Origin: Cirrosporium novae-zelandiae
Lineage: Eukaryota
Direction of reading: 5' to 3'
DNA length: 64,000 nt
Assembly: GCA_026023565.1 (NCBI GenBank)
Contig: JAPETS010000054.1
Span: forward strand, 62,001-126,000
Part shown: positions 36,719-47,700 of the stretch, piece after piece
Layout: each line of letters begins with the position of its first letter
Numbering within the stretch: position 1 is the stretch's first letter
Position numbers and translations under genes: made by a program
Notes under the pieces: generated by a model
What the model was told of the DNA's origin: nothing
The model's database searches: none
Seen by the model: only the letters and a program-made list of their open reading frames with translations

Positions 36719-37077
36719 TCCGTTTGAAAGTAGAGCAGATTGTGGATTGAATAATACCAGAAAGATCGAACTTGCCATTGAAGCTCGAGCATTGTATTCT
36801 TTTATCTATTCACAGGTATATCCACTGCGACCCACATTACTAACGGTCATGAGATACTATGGTATCAGGCAAAATACTCCCAAGTACGGTGGGATGTTCC
36901 ACACGGAATTCAACTACTTCAAGTAACCGTTAGGCAATATTTGGTATGGTGGCTACCTGATATCGTTAGACTGAATTTAAGTCTGAGTTCACCTTTGGGA
37001 ATATTTCGCTGGAAACAAAGTTGCACAAATTCATGGAGTCTCTAGATAATTGCTCTAGAAAGACCGAAGCGAGGAAA

Positions 37078-37100
37078 CCCGCAATATAGATCTTTGCGGG
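37078..37100. promoter_or_regulatory. Inverted CCCGCAA-N9-TTGCGGG element in the divergent promoter of the two oxidoreductases (candidate Zn2Cys6 site)
   Basis: The palindromic half-sites are read directly. Paired CGG triplets are the typical Zn2Cys6 target type; function is inferred. Confidence 0.45.
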
Positions 37101-37558
37101 AAGTACATGTGTAGAATGGAGAAGGATCATATTGCTAGTGGGATCTCCGCTTTGGGTGATAAGGATGGCGGGGCAGCCGATTACGAGACTGCCGACACTG
37201 AGCGGCCCGGAATTCTTATTGCCGACCATTTCCACTTTTACCCCTTTGAGCGATTCCGCGAGGAATATCCACGCTTCCACCACATCCACTTCCACTGTCG
37301 TACAGTAGAATGATTGCTGTTTGGAATTCGGGTCCACCAGTATCTCTTATGTCATGTTATACACGTTCAACAACGAGATGACCAGATCACAACAGCGTTT
37401 TATAAGGTAGGCTAAGAACTAGAAGGCTGGTATAATAACTTGGATAGTAGAACTCAAGATCAATTTCTTCCTATCATCTCCTTTCCAACTTTCTTACACA
37501 AGTCCTTAGTTTTCTTTCTGAGACCTTTCAAACATTCCCAAATCTCAATAGCATTACA

Positions 37559-38680
37559 ATGGCTGGCAACAAGATCCTCCGAGTTGGTATTCTTGGCTGT
37601 GGTGAAATCGCTCAGGTTGGGCATCTTCCATGCCTCCTCTTCCTTCGCGACTATTACACCACCACTATCGTGTGTGATATCTCGAAAAATGCAGCCGAGC
37701 ACTGTGCCAAGGTGTTTCACGTTCCCCGGGCTACTACCAACCCCAGCGATGTTTTCAACAACCCCAATGTCGACATTGTTTTCATCCTCACCAGCGATGA
37801 TTTTCATGCCGATTACTGTATCTCTGCTCTCAAAGCTGGAAAGCATGTCATGATCGAAAAGCCGTTGACCCTCTCTCTTCCTTCCGCACAAGCCATCCTT
37901 GAAGCGGCCAAGATGGCTCCAAACGGCGCCAAGGTCTTTGTCGGATACATGCGACGTTATGCCCATAGTTTTGTCAAAGCATTTAAGGATGAAGTTGCGT
38001 CTATCGATAAGATTATGTACGCCCGCTCCCGTGATATAATTGGTCCGAACTCGCATTTCGTTAACCAGTCCGGAACTTTTCCCATCAAATTCGTGGATTT
38101 CCCACCAAATGCTGGAAAGGAAAGGGACCAACGGCTCTATAAACTTATCTCGGAGGCCTTCAAGGGCAAAGAAATAACCAAAGAACGATTCGATTACTGC
38201 CGTTTCCTTGGATCGCTTGGCTCCCACGATTTGTCCTTGATGCGTGAAGCTCTTGGATTCCCTGAAAAAGTAGTCGGGATATCAGCACACGAACCATTCT
38301 ATACTGCCCTTTTTACTTACCGAAACAAAGATGGGAGCCCATTTTCTGTAACTTATGAATCTGGAATTGACGAGGTTCCTCGCTTTGATGCCCACCTCGC
38401 CGTATACGGCATGAACAAAACAGTGACAATCTACTATGACACGCCTTACGTCAAAGGTCTTCCCATCAAGGTCAAGGTCGATGAATACGACAAGGATGGT
38501 CAGGCCACGACTCGGGAGATATTGACGAGTTACGAGGACACATATACGTCTGAACTGATTGAGATGTATAAATGTTTTGTGGAAGGTAAGCCTATCAAGA
38601 CGACGGTGGAGGATGCGATGATGGATCTGAAGTTATATGACCAAATGTATGCGCAATGGGAAGCACAGGGGCAGCAGTGA
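37559..38680 (+). CDS. Gfo/Idh/MocA oxidoreductase (myo-inositol 2-dehydrogenase-like), intronless
   Basis: 373-aa ORF with 'LRVGILGCGEIAQ', 'GKHVMIEKP', 'VGYMRRY' and 'LGSHDLS'. Confidence 0.9.
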   Translation: MAGNKILRVGILGCGEIAQVGHLPCLLFLRDYYTTTIVCDISKNAAEHCAKVFHVPRATTNPSDVFNNPNVDIVFILTSDDFHADYCISALKAGKHVMIEKPLTLSLPSAQAILEAAKMAPNGAKVFVGYMRRYAHSFVKAFKDEVASIDKIMYARSRDIIGPNSHFVNQSGTFPIKFVDFPPNAGKERDQRLYKLISEAFKGKEITKERFDYCRFLGSLGSHDLSLMREALGFPEKVVGISAHEPFYTALFTYRNKDGSPFSVTYESGIDEVPRFDAHLAVYGMNKTVTIYYDTPYVKGLPIKVKVDEYDKDGQATTREILTSYEDTYTSELIEMYKCFVEGKPIKTTVEDAMMDLKLYDQMYAQWEAQGQQ

Positions 38681-39060
38681 TTGATATGGAATGAGGTTTC
38701 CTGTATATGAAAAGTGTCTTTATAGTGACTGGGTTAAGCCTACATGCTCATCTCAAAATGAATTGATCAATTGACTAAATATTCAAAAGATGAGGTCGAA
38801 ATGTAAAATACCCTTTAGGTAACAAAACTTCCTTGTTGGAAGTTTATACTTTTCATCTAGTTCATTAGCTCTTCCTTAAAGTGTGGTTATTTTACATGTA
38901 GGCTAAACTAAAGAATGAAAGAAATAATAGATATGTATGTCTCAGTATGATTTAGGCTCATGTATAATTAATTATCCGAGGCATAAAGACTTGGTCGAGA
39001 ACAGCTTCCTAGAGTAGGCTAGTCGCGGGTATGCCCTAATTAATTACCTATTTCGTATAT

Positions 39061-39197
39061 CCCGCAAGAGAGCAGTGGAAGCTATCCCTAATTTAATGCC
39101 GCCCGCAATATCCCCAAACCTTTTTCATCGTACGCAACTCCGCATTCCGACCATGGTATGTAGAAAGCTAGCCGTGTCTATATTCCGACTTTGCGGG
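39061..39197. promoter_or_regulatory. Four YCCGCAW sites upstream of the sugar transporter
   Basis: Sites at 39061, 39102 and 39139 (+) and at 39191 (-). Confidence 0.45.
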
Positions 39198-39390
39198 GCA
39201 AACACATTTGGAGATGGCAATCTGGGGAGAGCTTATTATGTTGGCTGTGGCAATCCAAACTCTTGATTGGAATTTGAGCCCAGATGGATGAGAATATATA
39301 TAAAAGAATAGCGCTGATCCTGGAATCTGATTGTATCCCTCGTGGCACACTGGCAAATTCCCTTCCCGGCCTTGAGAAAAATAGGTGAAT

Positions 39391-41523
39391 ATGGACGAAT
39401 CCGCAATGGCCGAACAAGTGGGCATCGAACTTGAAGGTGCAACTGGTAAGATTACACGAACCCCAAACGTTCATGGAATTAACCTAACCCCCGTTCTCTC
39501 TTCAATAGCAAGAAAGCGACAAGAAGCGACGGGGTCTCAACGTCTCAGCACACTTTGGAAGAATAAGAAAGTATTATTCATTGCCCTTCTTGCATCGTAA
39601 GTAATCAATCTCTATATTTTCACCCTTCTTTTTGAATATATAGAGGATACGAGTACATTTCACTATGGTTATCCCTATACACACAATGCTGATATTATAT
39701 AGATTCGGTGGCCTTGAATATGGGTACCAACAAGGTGTCCTAAGTCAATGCTATGTCATGTGGAGCTTCAAGAATGAATTCTCTGCGATTGTGAACGATT
39801 CGAGTAAGCAGGGATGGCTCACTTCTATCCTCCAATTAGGAGGATGGCTAGGTGCTCTGTCTTCGGGTGTCTTCGCTCAAGTGTTTACTCGAAAACACAC
39901 CATGTTCGTCGGATGTCTTTGGGTGATTCTTGGCTCGTATTTGTGCGCTGGCGCTCAAAGTAGTGCGTATCTCTATGCTGGTCGATGGTTTACGGGTCTT
40001 GGTGTGGGAACATTCTCTGCGGTTGGGTAGGTATACTCGTGACCATCCTTTCTCGAATTGAGAACTAATAGCACAATAGTCCGCTATATAATGCTGAGCT
40101 TGCCCCCCCTGAAATGCGTGGAATCATTGTTGCGTGCCAGCAACTGGCCACAACCCTTGGCATCATGACTTCATACTGGATCGGATACGGCACTAACTAC
40201 ATTGGCGGTACTGGTTCCGGCCAATCTGACATGGCATGGCGTCTCCCTAGCATTATTCAAGGCCTACCAGCCATCTTTTTGTCTGTCTGCATTTGGTTCA
40301 TGCCTTTTTCTCCCCGTCTCCTGATGCACAAGGGGAAGGAAGCTGAAGTACTGAAAACGCTTTCCTATCTCCGCAACCTTCCCGAAGACCATGAACTCGT
40401 GCAGCTTGAATTCATGGAGATCAAGAGCGAAGCGCTGTTCGAGGAGCGGCACTTCAAAAAAGCATTCCCAAAGCTAGCAGAGAGATCCGGCAATAATCTG
40501 TGGATGCGAGAATTCGCGCAGTATGTCAACTGTGTGAATTCCTGGGATAATTTCAAGAGAATCTTCATTGGTGGTGCTGTTATGTTCTTCCAACAATGGA
40601 GTGGTATAGATTCAAGTGAGTAAATCTGGGATTTTCTCTTTCTCTCCATCGCGGAGCTGATTGCCGTCATCCTAACTGACGCGTGAGGTAGTTATCTACT
40701 ATGCATCCACTATCTTTGAGTCTCTCGGCATGACTTCAGGCACGATCAGTCTTTTGGCAACGGGTGTCGTCGGTATCATCAACGTGGTCATGACTATTCC
40801 GGCAATGATCTTCATCGACAAGGTCGGCCGTAAACCACTCTTGATTGCGGGGTCCATTGGCATGATGTGCTGCATGCTCATCGTGGGCATAATTGTAGCC
40901 AAGTTCCGCCACGACTGGGAAGACCACGGAGCTGCTGGTTGGGCAGCCGCTAGTAAGCCTCAGCCGCTCTCTCTCCCTAAGACTCTTCTCCTTCTCTTTT
41001 TAACCGTCTAACCCCTAATTTCTACATATATTTAGCATTCATCTGGCTCTACATCGCCAACTTCGCCTACTCCTGGGGCCCAGCCTCCTGGATTCTAATT
41101 TCAGAAATCTTCCCGCTCTCCATCCGCGCCAAAGGCACCTCCATCAGCGCCTCAAGCAACTGGATGAACAACTTCGTAATCGCCTTTATCGTACCCGCCC
41201 TACTCAAAAAGATATCCTGGGGAACCTATGTCTTCTTCGCCTGCTTCCTGCTGCTGTCTGTCTTCTTCATTGCATTTGTGGTGCCGGAGACTAAGAACAG
41301 GACGCTGGAGGAGATGGATAAGGTTTTTGGGAGCCGGGCCGGCGTCGAGGATGCGGAGGATCTGGCTCAGGCGCAGAGGGATGCCGGACTCACTGCTTAC
41401 TACGCGAGAAAGCTGGCTGGTGAGCAGCAGCGGGTAGCTGAGAGCGAAAAGCCGCATGTCGAGGAGGCCAATGAAATCGAAGGAAAAGCGAGCACGACGA
41501 CTCATGAGGAGGTTGTTCAGTGA
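39391..41523 (+). CDS. MFS sugar porter (Sugar_tr) transporter; exons 39391-39596, 39703-40026, 40080-40615, 40692-40952, 41036-41523
   Basis: 'FGGLEYGYQQG', 'GRWFTGLGVG', 'YNAELAPPEMRG', 'PFSPR', 'FQQWSG…IYY', 'DKVGRKPLL', 'SWGP..W…SEIFPLSIRAKG' and 'VPETKNRTLEEMD'. Confidence 0.93.
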
Positions 41524-42446
41524 ATCCACCAAGTGTAAAATGATTTAATGACCCTCTCTTTGTTTGGCCTTGACTTTTTCACATGAAGAATAGGATAACG
41601 GTGTATGTCTTCTTCAATCGTCATTATATTTATGATATAGTATGATATGGGCTAATAGGAGAGGAGGAGAGGGAAAGATAGAGATTCGGAACTATTTCTA
41701 CACTATACTTTCTATCTCTTGTATATACGTAGATTAAGTAGATAGATAGAGCCGACCGCATTGAAAATAAATCCTTCTTTCTCTCTCTCCCGCTATTTTT
41801 ACCCCCTTTTTTTTCTCATCTCAATAATCCTAAATATACTATAATAGAGTCGATTCGTCTGCTCAATGATTAGAAGAATAAAAGCCAGCATCCATCCAAG
41901 TAAGGGAGCATCTAACTAATTAATGGACGAAAGAGTCATCAGGAATTCCTCTATTTATATTTCTTATTTTCTCAAAAGAAGTCTATCTATACAGTACGAG
42001 CAAGCAAGCAAGTAAAAAAAAACAAAGTAAATCAAGCAAGAAAATAATTTCTTGGATAAAAGGGGGGGTTATGATATATATTTCGTATTCGTATGGAGAA
42101 GCCCTCTCATGGGTGGGTTATCCCGTTGAGTGTATAACCCTCTAGTTATTTTTTTTTTCTCGGATTATCATTCTTGAGGAGTTACTCTTCTACTGTATAA
42201 TACTCTTTTGATCAAAATAAAGATGATGATGATGAGTTAATTTCCTGTCCGTATCTGTAAGACCGGCAGTTACAATCTTGGAGTATTGTAGGCTACATAA
42301 TTATGAGAAGAGAACTAACTAGTACGCAAGCTCGGCTATGGTGATATATATGTAATAGACTTGCTACCGCTGAAGAATTGATCTCTCAAGGATCAAAAAA
42401 CAGAAAACCTCAAATAAATATCAAAACGGGCCCTTCTTGCATACCT

Positions 42447-42453
<7 letters not shown>

Positions 42454-42477
<24 letters not shown>
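42454..42477. repeat. (AC)12 microsatellite
   Basis: Read directly. Confidence 0.9.
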
Positions 42478-43450
42478 GCAGTTCGCACAAGGTTCCACTA
42501 GAATTATAATTTCTTGTAAAGCAAGCTCGCCTGCTCCTCAATGTACTGTAGTAGAGCAAGGCGACAACCCACCCTACTTGTCTGTTCAACCAAGGCTGCT
42601 CCATAGCTGCCAAGCGAAGGTCTACCTCATCAGAGACCCGGGGATATCCTTTATTCCGTTTCGGTATAAAACGTTAGCGGGGGAGTTTCTATGTATCTAC
42701 AAGATTTCTTCTCTTCTTCAAAAGTTTTTTTTAGCGAATGCAATGAAATTTCCTTATTAGACTTTGTTTTTATTCAATTAAGAATTTTTTTATCTATCTA
42801 TATTCAGCGTCTCCCTTTTACCTTATCCTGAGCATGCGAACTCGCTCTAACTACAATACCATATCTCTAAGACATGAAATAGATCCAACAAATCAAGAGG
42901 TCAAGAAACGATAAAAAAAAAAAATAATAATACGGTTGTAATTATAGTACAGTAAAACGTTGGTGAGAAAATATTTTGGTTCGTTGATTTATTGAGTGGG
43001 TCTTCAGAGACAAGTATGGAAGTTGAAAAAAGGAATAAATAAATATAATGAAGGGATGCTAGTTAGCTACTGTGTAGGTAGGTATGGAGAAGAAAAGAAG
43101 ATAGCTTGGTGTGCTTGGATATTTGGTGGGCTGGGTGGGTCTGGTTGGAGGTTGGTTAGTAAGATGTAGTTAGGGTTCTAACCCTCATTTCATCTCGGCT
43201 CTTTAAGACACTCTAGTCTTAGGACTAGCACCCCCTAATTACTAGAAACTAAACCCCATCACACCCCATAAAAAATGCACAAAAAGCTACCGATCGATAA
43301 AAAGCCGGACCTAATTAATTAATTAACTTGATAAGAAACTGCCGAGTTAAGTGGTGAGGTTGATTTAAAGTTTGACACCATGTGGAATAATTAAACTTAT
43401 CTTTTGCGATGATTCATAATTCATGTTTATTACAACCTTGTTATAATGTA

Positions 43451-43480
43451 TGTTGTTGTTGTTGTTGTTGTTGTTTGTTG
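43451..43480. repeat. (TGT)n microsatellite
   Basis: Read directly. Confidence 0.85.
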
Positions 43481-44741
43481 TGTGCTCCAGTTGGTGTTTA
43501 TTGTAATGGTGTTTTAATAATAGAATTCGTTTTACTCTTGCGCTTGGATCTCTTTGCTAACGTTTTTTTTTTTTCATTTCAAAGTTATTGGATGTGTATT
43601 ACATCGTTTGTAGTATTAATATATGGGAGAGGGATATGGATCTTTGTTCTTTTTATAGCTAATCGTGTCTTGAGTTCTGGGAAGGAGCTCTAGGTAGCAA
43701 GCTTACAGCTACTCTACTAACACCTTCACGAGGCATCATCATCATCACCATTATCGTCCCTTTTAACAACCACATCAGGCGTATCGCCCTCCGTCATTAA
43801 CTTGTTAAAGTCTTTCCAGCCTTCAGTAGGATATCCAAACTTCCTAAGATCGCGATCGAGAACAAATTCGGGAACATGAAAACAGGTTTAGCCAGAGGCA
43901 GATGGTGGTGTTTTCTTTACAACCTGTGATTATAGTGGTAGTAGGATTGATTGTCAGTATCGCAATTGCATTAAATTGGAGATGAGGATGATAGGTGAAT
44001 ATCCCAAATGACTTACTGATATTGAAACGGGTGCGGAATTCACAACGGGATGTAATCGCCCAATTTCTGGCGTCGCTGGTGAATTGGGATATGACCTTTG
44101 TCTTGCTGATCTACGTAGGTGTATTAACAGTGCATTCATTGCACGTATAATATACAGTAGTATAGACTTTTTACTGTCTTATTTTTGTTAAGAGGAAGTT
44201 CGTTCAGATTTGTTTTGTTTTTGGCTGGGATTGGTCGCTATCAAGGTCATAGTAGAGGTTGAGTAACATCTGTTATACTGGGAGAGAAATTAGGGAGTTT
44301 GGAGATAATTGCAGGTTTGAAATATTCCGTATCAAAAGCTTATGATTTAAAATACAACTATCGTATCTCATGTTCGGCATTATCATTTTTACGAAGCTCT
44401 ACTTCACCGTCAGCAACCCCTTCATCAGTTATTAACTTACAAGATCTGATTTTATTTTATTTTCATGCATTAATTCTTACTACTCGAGTTATAATATACC
44501 AACCTACTAAGAGCCCTGGAGAGCGTAATGAATAGGACAATCATAGTCACATTTATTAAAACCCGGCTAGTCTTCTAAATACATTACCACTAGCAAGACT
44601 GAAGCGATTAATTTGAGCGTACCTAGCAACTTCGGACCATCCTAGACTGCCATTCTAACCAGTGCCATCGACATAAGAGCTATATGCCCAAAAAATATTT
44701 CTTCGGGTAAGCTAGCACCAAATGTCGAGACAACTAGAAGG

Positions 44742-47700
44742 CTACCAACGGCCCAGATTGTTCTGGTGCTCAATTCCCAATCCAAAAATATCAAACTCTT
44801 CTTGCCCCAATGGCTCACCCTGTACTATCCCCCCTAAGTGAGACCTTTTGAAGCTCAATTCCTTCCTCCTTAGGCCCATAAACACCTTTAAGAACTCTAC
44901 TGGACTTTTGGTGAATGGACATACCCTTGCCATGACTTGATCAAATAACGGCCTGCTTTCCCTGTCCACAAATCCGTCGCCAGAAACCTCGATACCTTCA
45001 TCTGGGACACGGTAACAAACACCCAAAAACCGACAAAGTACAACATACTCTTCATAGTTCCTGAGGTATAGCTGCCCTGCGAAAATATTCAAGTGTCTGA
45101 TGATAGATGGAATGGCAGCGTAGCGAAACGGAGGGATTGGAGGTAATGCACAGAATGCTAAACTGTCCATGGTTTGCATGGAAATGCTAGTGCGTGGTGA
45201 ATACACATGTAGAGTCACAGCATTTCTTTCCCGTATCAAAGGGAGTAACTCTTGAACCTCATATGGACTTAGTATAACAAGGTTGGGCATATTAGGGTCC
45301 CCGCAGCTAATAATCCAGTGAACCGGTCTCAGGAACCAGTCTAATCGCTGGCTAGAATCAAGCTTCACTGTCCGAGCAAAGTCAGCTGTAACCAGCAGGT
45401 CAGCTGGCCAGGCTGAAGCATCAAAGAATTTAACGGCACTGGTATTTCGAAGGATTTTGAAGGCATGTTGAAAGGCATCCGAAGATTCCTGGAGAGTTCC
45501 AGTCGCGATCAGCAATTTTACATGAGGGTGAAGATTGTGAACACATGGCTCTAAAACTGGAGGGCGTTCGACTTGTCGTTCCTGTTCCATCTCTGGTAAT
45601 AACTCGCGCTCTTGCTCCTCGTGAAGTGTCGTACCGTAGTCAGGCTCCAACTCAAACTCTTCACATTTGGCCCCAACTGCATTCAGCTGTTTTCTTCGCG
45701 TAACAAGTAAGCTATCCTTAATGGCTAAGTGAAGCTGAGTTTCAGATTGACGTTCGTTGAGTCCGTATCTATCTTCTATGCTCTGTGCTTCTTTTTCGAG
45801 AAGGTTCTGAGAAATAGCCTCCCAGGAATCTTTCTTTTTCTTATGGGAAAGTTGCTTCCATGCAATATGACGATGTTGATATCTAATCCCTTGAGTGGCC
45901 CATATCGGAATGCAGCTCCTGGTGTGAGCCAGAGTTTCCGAGATACTCCATCTCAGGATGTCATCTACTTCAATTTTACTACCAAAGGGCCTTCCGCAGC
46001 ATTCAAGAATACTTCGTTGCACTTCAGGTGGAGCGCAGAACATGACAGACTGTCCTTTGCCTAGTTTTCGCATACGCATACATGCTAATCGCAGTCAGTA
46101 GCATCCAAGGTAAATAATAGTATAGAGTATACCTTGTAGAAGCCGATCCTTCGTCAAGTGTGGCCCTAAGGTAACTGCTGCTCGATAGTAATTTGGTAAC
46201 TTAAGATCTGTTCCTCGCGTATGAGCTTCATCAAGAAAAACGAGGCATTGATCCAGTTGTTTAGCAAAAGAGAAAACCATTAAGGTTTCTATCACCCCTT
46301 CTCGGTTCATGACCGATAGCTCGTTGTTATTGTCAAAGAATATCGCTGCCTGTGCATCTTGTGCTGAAACGTGTTGCAGCCATGTACGTGCCACTTCATC
46401 GTTTTGAAGCTCCAAAACCTGTGCTCCAACATCAAGAATTACACGAACTGGTGGATCCGACATGATCACCGTTCGGAGTAATAATTCAGCATTGGATGAT
46501 TCGGCCCCAGAAGCCTGAAGTATAGTCTGAACTGTGTTCTCCGGCTTCAGTAGACAGCCTAGCACTGCAGCATTTGTGTGGAGTTGCTGTGGGAGATCAC
46601 GCTGGCTGATAGACAACGGTAACATGTATCTGCTGTCGTTTGTTCCACTAAAGCCCGTCGTGACATGAGCCTTCTCTCGTACAATGTCCCAGCCTGAAGA
46701 TGAGAGCTTTTGGGGAAACTCCTTCATTTCTTTTGGGAATACAACATGTGTTAGATAAAAGTCGATAGTGGCCTTTGAATATCGTAAGGATGGAAATACC
46801 ATTTGTGTACATTGTATGCCATCACTCAAATTAACTCCAGTCAATTTTGCAAAAGCTTTTGGTAAAAGATGAGAATTACGTATCCATAAGTTGTATTCTT
46901 CGGATGCATTTTCAAGCAAAAGTAATAGTTGAAAGCTCGTGTAGAGCTGCTCATCAGATAGTCCCTGATAATAATAGCTCATACAAGTCAGAACAATTAT
47001 GACATCTGGGTGGCTAAATTCGGCACGGGCTGCTGGGGTGTCTTTTGCGCGGTATGGGACAGCAAGCATTGTTCGTCGAAAGTCAAATCCGTAGTTGACA
47101 CGCCACCGCTTATGTTGCAAGGCAAATATAAGGACACCGCCAGCGATCAATCCTTTTATGAGCAAAAGGGCTTTTCTAGTCGACTCGAGACTGAGTGCAT
47201 CATCCTGTAGCAAGTTTGAATAGGACTCGTTTGTGCTGGGATTGGTTAGAAATTTAAAGAGTTTGATTTTCAAATGTGGTGGAAAATTCCATAGCCGGAC
47301 TCCAGGGAGGCGGCCACCACAAACTTCGGTTGCTATCATATCAAGCAATTTAGAGCCAGCGGTGGACTGGAGTATTCGGATACGGGGGAAGCTTCCAGGA
47401 CACCTGCAATTGACCTCTAAGCCCTCTGGGAACATAGCGAGGGCCTTTTCAGCAAAGCCGCCGACAAGCCCCAAGATGTTCTGCACAGTAATCCAACGAT
47501 CGGGACTAAATTCAACCATCTGCTGTGATCCTATGGTATATATCAACTCGAAATGAACGCTCAAGATCTCATCGCTTTCATCTAGAATGTCTCGGGAGTT
47601 CGTATTTAACCATTGTTGAATTTGGATCAAACTCTTTCCGACCCTCTTTTTCTCGGATAATAGGTGTTCAACACCCATTAACTCCAAAGATAGTAAATGT

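Noticed and set aside
37107..37313. 68-aa ORF between the two dehydrogenases
   Set aside because: No recognisable motif, and it lies in a CGG-rich divergent promoter.
43170..43185. TTAGGGTT-C-TAACCCT, resembling a head-to-head telomere fusion
   Set aside because: Only about one repeat unit per side, which is compatible with chance.
43212..43245. CTAGTC..GACTAG hairpin followed by CTAG, resembling a Helitron 3' end
   Set aside because: The stem is short and not GC-rich, CTAG is not followed by T, and no Rep/helicase remnant was seen.
41530..43700. AT-rich spacer as a RIP-degraded transposon
   Set aside because: No terminal repeats or transposase/RT remnants could be recognised; only microsatellites and homopolymers.
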